This document shows, piece after piece, positions 9,999 to 20,477 of a stretch of DNA of 64,000 nt (position 1 is its first letter; each line of letters starts with the position of its first letter). The notes under the pieces were generated by a model that did not search any database, was not told the DNA's origin, and saw only the letters and a program-made list of their open reading frames with translations. The position numbers were made by a program, and so were the translations under genes. Source of the stretch: a virus; the IMG/VR virus record IMGVR_UViG_3300008267_012518. One strand, written 5' to 3'.

Positions 9999-12263
9999 AT
10001 GCTTCAAATAATCTCTGATCCTACGGAAGAAACCTTTAAGATTTACGAATCATGGTCACTCACAGCTACAATGAGTGCTGAGCTACCACCAGTTTTTGGA
10101 AGGATAGGTGACCAATATATTGTAGGTGTAACTGACTTAAACAATATCCTAAGTTTCAAAACCTTTAATTTCGATTACACTATGAAAACCGACAATAGGT
10201 TTCTTAAAACTTATTACCGCTTAAGTAGAGATACAGAAAACTGGACTGAATGGTATGATTTACCATCAACCATAAAGGAATTCCCACCTTTTAATGATGG
10301 TGATACACTTTCTTTGGATATAAAATTTGTTAGAGAGGGAAATTCTGAATATGGTTTAATAAAATTACTTAGTTGGTCAATAGATGGTCTTAAACAAAGA
10401 AATCAAACTGATGGGGAATCTAAAATCATATTGACTGAGGAAAACAATCAAGTAATAATCAAACCCCCCTTTATATTTAAAGTTTTCAAAATTGAAGACA
10501 TAGAAATTTTATCCTCTGACAAATCTTTGACCGATGTCTCAATAAAGTATAGATACTCACAGGATTATGGTAGAACTGTCACCAATTGGGAATACTTTAC
10601 CAAAGAAAATATAACAACCACAAAAATAAACCCAATTAGATTTTTTCAAATAGAGTATCTTTTGGAATATACAGGTAAAGGTCAAACAAAAATATTTGAT
10701 ATAAATTTAATAGGAGACTTTCAAAATGTTACCGAAGACTACAAGAAGAGTAATGTATATGGCATAAGGGAAAACTGTAATTGTGAAAGACTTGGAATTG
10801 TTGGAGATACAACATCGAGTACCACAACTCCGACCGGAGGTCAACCAAACCTATTGACACAAACAGAACCAACCAATGTCCTTCCAATATTGTCTAATGA
10901 CCAAATAAACTCATTATATAAACCCTATCAACTACCAAAGGCCACTGAACTTCTAACGAAAATGGTGAATGATGCTAATCAGATGTTTGGACATGAGGTA
11001 GTATACTTTATAACTGATCCTGACAAAAAGGGTATAGATCACACATTCCATGAATATCAATTATTTAACTATGTATGTGAAAGGTTAATTAAAGTGTCTG
11101 TGGAAAATAATCAATTTCCAGACAATCAAATAGTGATGAACCAATTTGATCTATCATTATTTGAAGCTTTTGAGGTCCATGTTCCAAAATTATTTTTTAA
11201 AGAACAATTCGGACCAGAAAAAAGACCGTCAAAAGAAGATTTTCTTTGGTTTTGTGAATTGAATAGAATGTTTATTGTTGAACATGCTCAACAGTTTAGG
11301 TCTTTCAACAATAATGCAGTCTATTACAAGTTACACCTCAAGAAATACGTACAAAAATCCAATGTCATTGGAGTTAATCAAACAATCACTGAGAAAGTTC
11401 AAGAACTTACTAAGAATTCAACAATCAATGAATTGTTTGGTCAAGAAAATACACTTGATAAAAAATCCGTATCCAACAAAGAGGAATTCAGACCGTTGAC
11501 TAGAGATATCACTAGGGTTAGTATAGTTGCTAATATAGTAAAACAATTGGTTGAAAATGCAGAATTAGTGATAAGTAAGTCTCACTATGATTTGTCCACT
11601 GTGACGTTTTCTGTTACACAGTCTTATCCAGCTGTAACTTACAGAAATATCAAAGATTATTTTGCACCAAGTGATAATTTATGTTATACTTGTTGGTTCA
11701 ATTTGAATAATTATATTAACGATGACAAATATAATTTTTTCAATTATTATGACAATTTGAATAATGTTGGATTAAATTTCCAATTGAAGTCAGATGAAAT
11801 ACAAATAAAAATAAACCAAAATAGTTACAGTTTCGAGCTTATGGGTGTAACTGGTGGATCCGAGGGTTTATATGAGGATACTTGGTATGCCTATTTGGTG
11901 AATATAGATCAAAGAAAGAGGGAACTAAGTCAGTATATTTATAAAAGGGATATAGAAGACGAAGACCTTGGGAGTAAAGTTAATTCCACTAAACTTAAAT
12001 TAATAAAGACCAAAACCCAAACTTTGTCTAATTTTGAATTTTCTATTGATAATATTCATGCGTCTATTCTCTCAAGTGATATGAGGATAACCAACATAAG
12101 ACTTCTTTCAGAAGTGATACCTATTAACCAACATTCAATTTTCTTAAACCAATATCACCTAAGAGACGACACAAAATATTTAATTTTTGGGGATAATGCG
12201 AATCAAAGATTAAGTTTACCTTATATGCCATTAAATCAAGTTGGTAGCAATGATGTTGGATAA
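9999..12263 (+). CDS. Virion structural protein; centre resembles T4 gp14-type neck protein, C-terminus LamG-like
   Basis: FGHEVVYF...FHEY...FEVHVPKLFFKEQFGPEKRPSKEDFLW; C-terminal WFNL, DTWYAYLVN, ITNIRL; TAATATATA upstream. Confidence 0.5.
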   Translation: MLQIISDPTEETFKIYESWSLTATMSAELPPVFGRIGDQYIVGVTDLNNILSFKTFNFDYTMKTDNRFLKTYYRLSRDTENWTEWYDLPSTIKEFPPFNDGDTLSLDIKFVREGNSEYGLIKLLSWSIDGLKQRNQTDGESKIILTEENNQVIIKPPFIFKVFKIEDIEILSSDKSLTDVSIKYRYSQDYGRTVTNWEYFTKENITTTKINPIRFFQIEYLLEYTGKGQTKIFDINLIGDFQNVTEDYKKSNVYGIRENCNCERLGIVGDTTSSTTTPTGGQPNLLTQTEPTNVLPILSNDQINSLYKPYQLPKATELLTKMVNDANQMFGHEVVYFITDPDKKGIDHTFHEYQLFNYVCERLIKVSVENNQFPDNQIVMNQFDLSLFEAFEVHVPKLFFKEQFGPEKRPSKEDFLWFCELNRMFIVEHAQQFRSFNNNAVYYKLHLKKYVQKSNVIGVNQTITEKVQELTKNSTINELFGQENTLDKKSVSNKEEFRPLTRDITRVSIVANIVKQLVENAELVISKSHYDLSTVTFSVTQSYPAVTYRNIKDYFAPSDNLCYTCWFNLNNYINDDKYNFFNYYDNLNNVGLNFQLKSDEIQIKINQNSYSFELMGVTGGSEGLYEDTWYAYLVNIDQRKRELSQYIYKRDIEDEDLGSKVNSTKLKLIKTKTQTLSNFEFSIDNIHASILSSDMRITNIRLLSEVIPINQHSIFLNQYHLRDDTKYLIFGDNANQRLSLPYMPLNQVGSNDVG

Positions 12264-12360
12264 TTTTTTTCAAAATTGGAAAAACTTCTGTTTTTTGTTG
12301 TGATATATATTTGAACAGAAATTGATTGGTCAACTCAGATCAATCAAAAAAAAAATTTCT

Positions 12361-13206
12361 ATGTTTAACACACAAACTTATCACACTCTCGTACAGAAGA
12401 TGCGAGAATTTTTTTTGCAAAAAGGTTTCTATGAGGTACCTACACAATCAAGATTATCAATCTTGGCAGCTTGTGAAAATCCTCATTCAATTACAACATA
12501 TAACTATCAAGGTCTAGTTTGGCCACTACCCCAAACAGGCCAAATGTGGTTAGAGTATGAGTTACTAAAAAACCCCGAGTGGAAAGGATGTTTCTGTATC
12601 TCAACTTCCTATCGACAAGAAAAAAACCCAATTCCTGGTCGTCACGAATTAATTTTCCCAATGTTCGAATTTGAATCCAAAGGAACTATGGAAGATATGT
12701 TGAGACTTGAAAGTGAATTACTAACTCATTTGGGTTTTGATAGTCCAGTGGAAGTTAAGTATGACGATGTTTGTCAAGAGTATGGTGGTGTTCCGATCTT
12801 GGAAAATGAACATGAACAAAGGATGTGGGATGAAAAGGGTCCTGTTATATCACTTCAACATTTCCCTTTGAGGACTAATCCGTTTTGGAATATGAGACAT
12901 AACGATAATGGAATTTTCAATAAAGTAGATGTTATTCTATATGGTCAAGAGACCATTGGTTCGGCCGAAAGGAGTTCTGATATTGAAAAAATGAGAGAAA
13001 TGTTCTACACAATCGAAGATGGAAAATATTCTGAAAAACTTTTTGAATTATTTGGAAAAGATAGAGTTGAAAAGGAATTAGAAGATTTTTTCAAACATGA
13101 CTTCTTTCCAAGATTTGGTGGTGGTATAGGAATGACCAGAATGGCTAGAGCCTACGAAATGCTACAAAAAGATAAATTAGTTGAGTCTGTACTCGAAGAA
13201 GCATAA
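12361..13206 (+). CDS. Class IIb aaRS catalytic-domain paralogue with no anticodon domain (archaeal-type asparagine synthetase-like)
   Basis: Motif 2 SYRQE...GRHELIFPMFEFE, ETIGSAER, motif 3 GGGIGMTR; 281 aa from first ATG; no N-terminal OB fold. Confidence 0.75.
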   Translation: MFNTQTYHTLVQKMREFFLQKGFYEVPTQSRLSILAACENPHSITTYNYQGLVWPLPQTGQMWLEYELLKNPEWKGCFCISTSYRQEKNPIPGRHELIFPMFEFESKGTMEDMLRLESELLTHLGFDSPVEVKYDDVCQEYGGVPILENEHEQRMWDEKGPVISLQHFPLRTNPFWNMRHNDNGIFNKVDVILYGQETIGSAERSSDIEKMREMFYTIEDGKYSEKLFELFGKDRVEKELEDFFKHDFFPRFGGGIGMTRMARAYEMLQKDKLVESVLEEA

Positions 13207-13207
13207 T

Positions 13208-13236
13208 AAAAAAGGGGGATAAATTCCCCCTTTTTT
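13208..13236. terminator. Bidirectional intrinsic terminator
   Basis: AAAAAAGGGGGA-TAAAT-TCCCCCTTTTTT between convergent genes. Confidence 0.85.
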
Positions 13237-13999
13237 ATTTTAAGTCGGTTGAGAAATACATCATGTTATGTTTTGCTAAACGAAAACTTCCACCGTTGTA
13301 GTCAACTAATGACAACAACCAAGCCCTTTCGTTATTGTTACCCGAGGTCTTATGTACTTCATATTGTTCTCTTAAGTGATAGGAGGCAACTCTGATATCA
13401 TCAATAAGATGGTGGTTTGTCTTACCTATTTTATTCAAAATATATTTTCTAGTACAAGGCATAATCTGTGGTATACCTTTTGCACCAGAGTTTTTATTGG
13501 TGATATTACAAAAACCAGATTCTTGGTCTAAAAGTCTGAAGAATATACTTGCTGGTATCTTATTTGAGTTTATCTCCGAAACAATTGTGAAAAAAACTTC
13601 ATCCGAAAGTTTCTGTAAATTTACATAGTTTTTTACTTTGTATTTTGAATGAGCTAGATATTCGATATATCTTCTCTCCTCCCTAAGTTTGTCAAAATCC
13701 AAATTGTCGATTGACTTATTAATAAAACTTTTCTTGACTACTACAACTGTTTTTTCTGATGCTGTAATTCTTCCGAATGTAAAAAAAGTCAGACATAATA
13801 ATATTGGAATCAATATTATCGATAAGATAAACTTATTATGTCTGATAACCATTATCAATGAGTTTTGAGATCTATAGTCTGGGTAAATTACCCAACTCAG
13901 TAGAGATATGAATTGTATCTTTATATTTTCCTCGAACCATTTACTTTTGAATGTAGATGTAAGTAACCAATGATGGAATTTAATGAGGTCATAATTCAT
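13235..13999 (-). CDS. Membrane-anchored lytic transglycosylase (SLT domain)
   Basis: LLDQESGF, SGAKGIPQIMP, YNGG; hydrophobic FILSIILIPILLCLTFF; true start may be downstream. Confidence 0.75.
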   Translation of the reverse strand: MNYDLIKFHHWLLTSTFKSKWFEENIKIQFISLLSWVIYPDYRSQNSLIMVIRHNKFILSIILIPILLCLTFFTFGRITASEKTVVVVKKSFINKSIDNLDFDKLREERRYIEYLAHSKYKVKNYVNLQKLSDEVFFTIVSEINSNKIPASIFFRLLDQESGFCNITNKNSGAKGIPQIMPCTRKYILNKIGKTNHHLIDDIRVASYHLREQYEVHKTSGNNNERAWLLSLVDYNGGSFRLAKHNMMYFSTDLK

Positions 14000-14015
14000 A
14001 AGGTTAAATTAATTT

Positions 14016-14750
14016 TTAATAAGGATATAGATGATAAATTTCATTTATATCCAGTAAATGATGGTCAACTTCATTGTGAGTTTCTAATTTACTCTTATGA
14101 AAATGACCATAAAAATGTTTCTTGATTTTATTATTTTCGTATATGTCAAGAAATATATTTGTCATTAGATTTCTTTCAAATGAAAGATCTCCAATTAAAC
14201 CACTATCATGTTTTGACCAATCCTCAACAAAGGAACCAAACCCAAGTTTATTACATGGATCGCACCAATCGGGTGCTGTGTGGGTTATGATAATATCAAT
14301 ATCTTTTAAGTTCTTAGTAATTTCGGGATTATATACGATACCCTCCTTTTCCCAATAACATCTTTTTCTACTTCCGTATTTGATGTTACTATTATTTTCC
14401 TTAATTCTTTGGGTCCTATCAACACTAATAGCACCACCAATAAATAAGAATTTGTAACCTTCTAAATTAAGGGTGGTGTAGTCTGGTAAAAGTTTCAAAT
14501 GACTAAAATCATAGTCACCATTGAAGAAACCTGGACTATCATGGTTTCCTCGAATAGCGAGCAAGGTAACATTAACATCCTTCAAGAAGTCATTAAGATT
14601 CTTCAAAGTTTGTTCATCATTTTCCTTGTAACTAAACCCAATTCCAAAATCACCAACTTGAATAATAGTACAATCAGTAATTTGTTTAGAGTGGATTTGA
14701 TGTTTGAGGAAATTGAAATTTCCGTGTATGTCGCCTAATAATAAAACCAT
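14016..14750 (-). CDS. Calcineurin-like metallophosphoesterase
   Basis: GDIHG, GDFG, GNHD, THT, GHFH. Confidence 0.9.
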   Translation of the reverse strand: MVLLLGDIHGNFNFLKHQIHSKQITDCTIIQVGDFGIGFSYKENDEQTLKNLNDFLKDVNVTLLAIRGNHDSPGFFNGDYDFSHLKLLPDYTTLNLEGYKFLFIGGAISVDRTQRIKENNSNIKYGSRKRCYWEKEGIVYNPEITKNLKDIDIIITHTAPDWCDPCNKLGFGSFVEDWSKHDSGLIGDLSFERNLMTNIFLDIYENNKIKKHFYGHFHKSKLETHNEVDHHLLDINEIYHLYPY

Positions 14751-14754
14751 ATTG

Positions 14755-14762
14755 CGAAGATA
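14755..14762 (-). promoter_or_regulatory. Bacteroidota-type -7 promoter element (one mismatch)
   Basis: TATCTTCG-CAAT-ATG; same 4-nt spacing as five perfect sites. Confidence 0.5.
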
Positions 14763-14830
14763 CGAAATTTATATATCTTTACCAAAACTATAAAAAAAGC
14801 AATACCCTAAATTTTCTGTAAATTTCAAGG

Positions 14831-15802
14831 TTATTGACCCATTATGTAGGAAAACATTAAGGGGGCAACTATAGTGGCATCACTTTCGATTATAAATTTT
14901 GGAGTATTTATATCTAACTTACCCCAAGTAATTTTCTCATTTGGAACTGCACCCGAATATGATCCATAACTTGTGGTTGAGTCGGAAATCTGACAGAAGT
15001 AAGACCAGAAAGGAACATCGGTCCATTCTAAGTCTTGATACATCATTGGGACTACACAAATTGGGAAATCACCAGCAATACCACCACCAATCTGAAAGAA
15101 TCCAACACCTTTACCACCAGAGTTTTTTCTATACCAATCAGAAAGGAAAACCATATAATCAATGCCACATTTAACTGTAGTAGATTTTAATTTACCCTTG
15201 ATTACATTTGAAGCAAAAATATTTCCTAGTGTGGAATCTTCCCAACCTGGAACGATAATAGGTAAGTTTCTCTCACAAGCCGCGATCAACCAACTATCTT
15301 TAGGATTGATTTCATATTCCTTTTCCAAATCTCGATTCCTTATTATTTGGTAAATAAATTCATGGGGAAACATGGGATAATTCTTTCTTTCAGCAGTCTC
15401 CCAATAGAATTCAATTACTTTCTGAATTTTTCTGAAAGCTTCTTCTTCTGGTATACAAGTATCGGTTACTCTATTTAGTCCTCGTTCCAATAAATCCCAT
15501 TCATCTTGTGGTGTTAGGTCTCGATAGTTTGGAACTCTTTTATAATGAGAATGAGCTACTAAATTCATTAAATCTTCTTCTAGGTTTGCTCCTGTACAAG
15601 AAATGATATGGACCTTATTTTGTCTAATCATCTCTGCGAGGGAAATACCAAGTTCAGCTGTACTCATAGCACCTGCTAAAGTGATCATCATTTTACCACC
15701 CTCTTCCAAATGTTTTTGGTAGGCGATGGATGCGTCCCTTAAAGATGCTGCGTTAAAATGTTTAAAATTTTTATCAATAAAAGAGGTGATAGTCTTTTCC
15801 AT
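14831..15802 (-). CDS. Deoxyhypusine synthase-like protein (probable homospermidine synthase)
   Basis: LAGAMSTAELG, TGANLEED, QIGGG, GSYSGA, EKITWGK with catalytic Lys, ESDATIVAPL. Confidence 0.9.
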   Translation of the reverse strand: MEKTITSFIDKNFKHFNAASLRDASIAYQKHLEEGGKMMITLAGAMSTAELGISLAEMIRQNKVHIISCTGANLEEDLMNLVAHSHYKRVPNYRDLTPQDEWDLLERGLNRVTDTCIPEEEAFRKIQKVIEFYWETAERKNYPMFPHEFIYQIIRNRDLEKEYEINPKDSWLIAACERNLPIIVPGWEDSTLGNIFASNVIKGKLKSTTVKCGIDYMVFLSDWYRKNSGGKGVGFFQIGGGIAGDFPICVVPMMYQDLEWTDVPFWSYFCQISDSTTSYGSYSGAVPNEKITWGKLDINTPKFIIESDATIVAPLMFSYIMGQ

Positions 15803-15844
15803 CTAATTTATATTGAAAAAATCAAAAATGTTTATATATAGAAT

Positions 15845-16216
15845 ATGAACAGACCAGAGGTAAGAGTGATAGAAACTCAACACGAAGAAGTAAAACCAAT
15901 TGAGGTAAGTAATTGGGAAAGGGAACAACTTCTAGCTAAGTATGGATATGTCAATCAATCGACTTACAAACAACCAATCCAAGAATTTGATCCAACAAGG
16001 GATTTATCATATCAAGAAATGATGGAAATTGAGGATCGTAAACAACAGATTGAAATGGAAAGGGGTCGTCAACAAATGACGAACAGACCCACCACCTACA
16101 CTATTGACCAAGACCAGGTTAGATACAATGAGACTAGGTGGTCAAATATGGATTTGGGTGGACAAGATTTTGGTATACAAGTTCAGATAGTTTCTGATAT
16201 GAAGTTTACTAGATAA
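15845..16216 (+). CDS. Hypothetical protein
   Basis: 123 aa ORF filling the gap, TATATA motif upstream. Confidence 0.65.
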   Translation: MNRPEVRVIETQHEEVKPIEVSNWEREQLLAKYGYVNQSTYKQPIQEFDPTRDLSYQEMMEIEDRKQQIEMERGRQQMTNRPTTYTIDQDQVRYNETRWSNMDLGGQDFGIQVQIVSDMKFTR

Positions 16217-19200
16217 TCAAGGTGGTGGTATATAAAAATATTGTTTTGTAATGGGATTACTTGAACAAGTACCGTTACATTTAACATTTAAACTATACCA
16301 AGTTCCGTTTACAGGGTCTCCAAAAGGTTGTGGCTTCATTAACAATCTCACATATCCATTATTGAGGTCTGTTATTGATGGTGTGTAAGGATTTGCATTA
16401 TTTATCACGTAAGTTTGAACTGGTGTCAAATTAGGATTATTGGTTGGATCTGATGTATATCTTGACACATCCACTTTATAACTTTGACAATTTATATTTA
16501 GGTTGAATTGTGAAAACCACCTCACTCCACCAGCAGTGGGTCCTTGTGAAACACTCATTTCAGAGATGGCACATTGTTTGTCACCTGATTGTGGGGTAGT
16601 AACGCCTACTAAATTTCCATACCCAACCCCAATACTATTTTTAGCGTAGGCTTTTATATAATAAGTAGTATTTGGATTTAATCCAGTTATACTACTTGTG
16701 AATTGACCAACACCAATACCATTTGATGTCTTGGTAGGGAGGGCGATAGTCAAGTTATCGAATGTGGTTGACCAGATGACACCACGTTGTGTCACTGGTG
16801 CATCACCTTGATTTGTTATCTCACCTCCTGATGAAGCTGTTGTACTAGTGGTCGCAGCACTGTTGGATGTTAATACTACTGGAAATGGTGATGGGGGGGT
16901 GGTAAAAGATAATTCATTCCCATAACCAGTACCTACTGAGTTTGTGGCATAAGATCTGATAAAGTATGTCTGAAGTGGTTCTAATCCGGATAAGTTAGAT
17001 ATGAAGCTGGTTGAATTCGGACCATTGGTGGTCTTTGTAGTCAAGTCTATTGTTGGGTTAGGTGACGTGGACCAACAAACACCAGTTTGTGTAATGTTAG
17101 AAAATCCGTTGGATAGTATGTTCCCCCCAGAGGTAGCGGAATTATAAGTTAAATTCGAAATTGTGGTTGTTGTCAGAGTGGGTGATGTAACAGACGAAGT
17201 AGTAAAACTTTGTACTTCACCTTTACCCTGACCATCGGATGTAGTAGCGTAAGCATAAAAATAATATGTAGTGTTTGGTTGTAAACCAGTGATTATCATG
17301 TTGAATGAGTTGTCAGTTGGTGGTGAATATGTGCGTATAATCGATGGGTTAAAGGAAGGTTGAGTGCTAAAAACAATGCCCATGTTTGTGATAGTTTTAC
17401 CCCATCTGTTCAAGACCTGACCCGAAACAGTCGCAGAATTTTGGGTTATATTTTGGACAATTGGATTAGTAAAAACGACCGGTAGTTGTAATGGTGTAGC
17501 TATGATATACAGTATGGAACCTCCAACAAAATTATTCTGATTTTTAGCAAAGGCGGAAAAAAAGTACGTAGTGCCGGGAGTCAAATTGGTAACACTAACC
17601 CCAAATGAACCCAATTGACCGGGTGTGGTAATTTTTGTGGTGGATGGGTCTGTATAACTCGGAATAGTACCAGATTTATAGAGCACACCTCTTTCAATTA
17701 TCGGAGACCCACCATCACTAACCACAGTTGCACCAAATGACACAGTTGTAGGACTCGAAGCGCTCGCACCATTAGCTTGAACTACAGGTCTGTCTGGGTA
17801 TACAAATGGCATGGCATCTCCATAATTATATTCTCTGAAGTCGTCTATTATAACTGGTCTAACATAAACCGTCTGACCGGGCAATAAATTACTAGGGTTG
17901 AGTGGGATGCTAACGTCCCTTGTGCCAATGAATGGTGTTTGGGGGAATCCATCACCGGTTAGATTGGTGGCGTTTGAATTTACTATAGTTACATTTGGGG
18001 TTGTTTTTGATGCAACGATCCCATTTTGCCAAGGTACTTCATCAGTATCAATGAATGTGGTTGACATAGCTCCAGTTACCGTCGGAACGATACCGGTCAG
18101 ATAAAAAACTAATTTTTTTGTAGTAAAGCTTATTTCATCAGAGTAAAAGACACCTTGTGAATTTTCAGCAAAAATCCTTATAAAATACTGCGTTTGTTGA
18201 CTAAGATCTCTTATTATTCCATTAAATGAACCCATTCCTTGACCAATTTCTAAATATTGATCATTCAGAGTGGGACTAGAATTGGTAGACCAGCAGAAAC
18301 CCCTTCTTATAATTGGAGATCCACCGTCTGACAAAAACGCAAGGGTACTTGTGCCACCTACACCAAACTTAGATTTAGTTGAAAGAATTCGAATTGATTG
18401 AATTGGTTTAAAAATTATTTGTGAAGAGCTTTGAGTTGTTAAACTTCTAACTTGTCCGTATCCTATACCGCCTGATGTTTTAACAAAAGCTCTAAAAAAA
18501 TAATTAGTGGACGGAATCAAATTATCTAAGCTTAGTATAAAATTTGCAGTATTATTATTTGGATCAAAGACCTTCGTAGTCAAATCATATGTGATGTTGT
18601 TTTGTGAGGTTGAATAAATTACACCTCTTTCTAAAACTGAAGAACCATAAGTGTTGATACTGAACCCTCCAGAAATTATTGAAGTGTTTGTTGATTCGTA
18701 GAGAGCTGTTGATATTATTGGTTCTTGGGGTGATGTGGTTGTAAATTGTATAGATTGACCATAAGAAACACCAGCAAGATTGGTAGCGAAAGAACGCACA
18801 TAATAAGTTGAACCTGGTTCCAAATTTTTCATCATTATATTGAATGAACCCAATTGACCGTAGTCAGCTATTTCAAAATCTAAACAATTTTCAATGGTTG
18901 GATCAAGTGTGGTCGACCAAATTAGACCTCTCACTAAAAATGGGGCGTTACCTGTATCAGATACAACACCTCCAGATCCTGCGGTGGTTCTGGTAACATT
19001 AATTACAGTAGGATAAGTCGTCGTTGTAGGTTTTGTTGTGAAATCTACGAAAGGTAACTGATCACTCAGATACAAATTCGATCTTATAGCGTGTCTTGGA
19101 TATTTCCAGAAACCTCTCACCAACATATTTTTAGTACTTCGATAGGTGAAGAATTGGCCTGGTCCATCATAAGAGTATTCCCATTTTGTAGGATCGACTG

Positions 19201-20407
19201 GTGGTAATGTGAATACAGATTTGACGAGGTGACAATAACTCATTATTGATGAATTCCAGGATCCATAAGGTATATTAATATTATCACAACTTTGATTAGC
19301 AATTGTCTCACCATTCGAACAACTATCCAAAACTCCTATGGGATTATTTTGATCGTCTTTCCATCCACACCAATGGGTATGACGGGAACCTAAATTATGT
19401 CCCAACTCATGAACAGCAGCAACTATAGGTAAATTATAGTTCGATGTTCCAACTGGATTTTGACTCAGTTGTAATAAATTTTGAGTCGATCCAATATTTA
19501 AAACACTGTGACAAGTAGTTGGATAAATTTGGGGTGAAGTAGTTTCATATCCATTAGCTGAGTTGTTAGCACCTAGGTTTCCGATACCACCTGCATTTTG
19601 ATTGATGTCTAATAACATTTTGAAGTGACTTTCTGTATTGACTGGTGTGTTAGAGTTACTTCTTTGTCTGAATATCTCCAATGTATTTTGTATAGAAGTG
19701 ATTGTATAAAGATCCTGATTGGTATTTATGTAAACTTTTCTGAGACGAAAATAAATTCCTTCTCTGGCATATAAATTCTTAATCGATAAAAATAGATTTG
19801 AAACATAATTTATAGTTTCGGTTTCATTTGATCCAAATAACTGGTAAGATCTGTAACTTACCTCAATGTACAAATCGCAAATTTTGTTGATTGGTTTTAA
19901 TCTATTGTAAAAATCTGAATTACCAAATTGGATATCTTGTATTGTTCTACTTTTTTTTATTGTAATATTTTTTGTATCTTTTTTTGAGGTATCCAAAACC
20001 TCTACACATGTATTATCGACTGAAAATGTATCTAAATTAACCTTATTTGTCAAAGAATTGATAGAATAGTTTTTTCCATCTTTAGTTTTTGAGTACCCAC
20101 TCCACCCACCCTTACCATTATGTGTGATAACACTCATTGTCTTTCTAGACACATAAGTTTGTGGTTTATAAATATATTGACCCTTGGATGTCACCACCAA
20201 TATAGAGGGTAATTCTATTTTATCATAAATGTCAATAGTGCCATCTGGTAAAGTCGACTCAAACGACTTTGGTAGATTTGACACACTCAAATTTTGTTGA
20301 GTTGTTTTACCCGCCTTCGGTGATTTGTTCCAAACATCCATTCTAACCTGTGAGAATAAGTTGTTTATAATAAGTAGAGAAATTACTAGTCCTATAAATC
20401 TTTTCAT
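16217..20407 (-). CDS. Secreted metzincin (M12B/reprolysin-like) protease with about 8 tandem FN3-like repeats
   Basis: Signal peptide MKRFIGLVISLLIINNLFS (ATG 20407); HELGHNLGSRH plus SIMSY Met-turn; repeats of GG..(S/N).G....RG..WST...L.P.TTY(Y/F).RA(Y/F)A.N..G..YG. Confidence 0.85.
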   Translation of the reverse strand: MKRFIGLVISLLIINNLFSQVRMDVWNKSPKAGKTTQQNLSVSNLPKSFESTLPDGTIDIYDKIELPSILVVTSKGQYIYKPQTYVSRKTMSVITHNGKGGWSGYSKTKDGKNYSINSLTNKVNLDTFSVDNTCVEVLDTSKKDTKNITIKKSRTIQDIQFGNSDFYNRLKPINKICDLYIEVSYRSYQLFGSNETETINYVSNLFLSIKNLYAREGIYFRLRKVYINTNQDLYTITSIQNTLEIFRQRSNSNTPVNTESHFKMLLDINQNAGGIGNLGANNSANGYETTSPQIYPTTCHSVLNIGSTQNLLQLSQNPVGTSNYNLPIVAAVHELGHNLGSRHTHWCGWKDDQNNPIGVLDSCSNGETIANQSCDNINIPYGSWNSSIMSYCHLVKSVFTLPPVDPTKWEYSYDGPGQFFTYRSTKNMLVRGFWKYPRHAIRSNLYLSDQLPFVDFTTKPTTTTYPTVINVTRTTAGSGGVVSDTGNAPFLVRGLIWSTTLDPTIENCLDFEIADYGQLGSFNIMMKNLEPGSTYYVRSFATNLAGVSYGQSIQFTTTSPQEPIISTALYESTNTSIISGGFSINTYGSSVLERGVIYSTSQNNITYDLTTKVFDPNNNTANFILSLDNLIPSTNYFFRAFVKTSGGIGYGQVRSLTTQSSSQIIFKPIQSIRILSTKSKFGVGGTSTLAFLSDGGSPIIRRGFCWSTNSSPTLNDQYLEIGQGMGSFNGIIRDLSQQTQYFIRIFAENSQGVFYSDEISFTTKKLVFYLTGIVPTVTGAMSTTFIDTDEVPWQNGIVASKTTPNVTIVNSNATNLTGDGFPQTPFIGTRDVSIPLNPSNLLPGQTVYVRPVIIDDFREYNYGDAMPFVYPDRPVVQANGASASSPTTVSFGATVVSDGGSPIIERGVLYKSGTIPSYTDPSTTKITTPGQLGSFGVSVTNLTPGTTYFFSAFAKNQNNFVGGSILYIIATPLQLPVVFTNPIVQNITQNSATVSGQVLNRWGKTITNMGIVFSTQPSFNPSIIRTYSPPTDNSFNMIITGLQPNTTYYFYAYATTSDGQGKGEVQSFTTSSVTSPTLTTTTISNLTYNSATSGGNILSNGFSNITQTGVCWSTSPNPTIDLTTKTTNGPNSTSFISNLSGLEPLQTYFIRSYATNSVGTGYGNELSFTTPPSPFPVVLTSNSAATTSTTASSGGEITNQGDAPVTQRGVIWSTTFDNLTIALPTKTSNGIGVGQFTSSITGLNPNTTYYIKAYAKNSIGVGYGNLVGVTTPQSGDKQCAISEMSVSQGPTAGGVRWFSQFNLNINCQSYKVDVSRYTSDPTNNPNLTPVQTYVINNANPYTPSITDLNNGYVRLLMKPQPFGDPVNGTWYSLNVKCNGTCSSNPITKQYFYIPPP

Positions 20408-20444
20408 ATAAAAATAGATTTTATTTTTATATATCAGATAATAT

Positions 20445-20473
20445 AAAAAAAAATCCACCAATTGGTGGATTTT
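20445..20473 (-). terminator. Intrinsic terminator after thioredoxin
   Basis: AAAATCCACC-AATT-GGTGGATTTT hairpin followed by a U9 tract on the minus strand. Confidence 0.75.
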
Positions 20474-20477
20474 AGAG

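Noticed and set aside
12322-12360. Extended ORF-track starts (also 1285, 20461, 42334, 51316, 57855)
   Set aside because: Downstream ATGs fit promoter spacing, signal peptides or coupling to upstream stops better
12361-15802. Dedicated EF-P/eIF5A modification operon (EpmA plus DHS)
   Set aside because: Genes are on opposite strands with two genes between, no efp is present, and the aaRS motifs look Asp/Asn-type; kept only as an alternative
16600-19100. FN3 repeats as a DNA repeat array or diversity-generating target
   Set aside because: Similarity is at protein level only; no reverse transcriptase or near-identical template repeat seen
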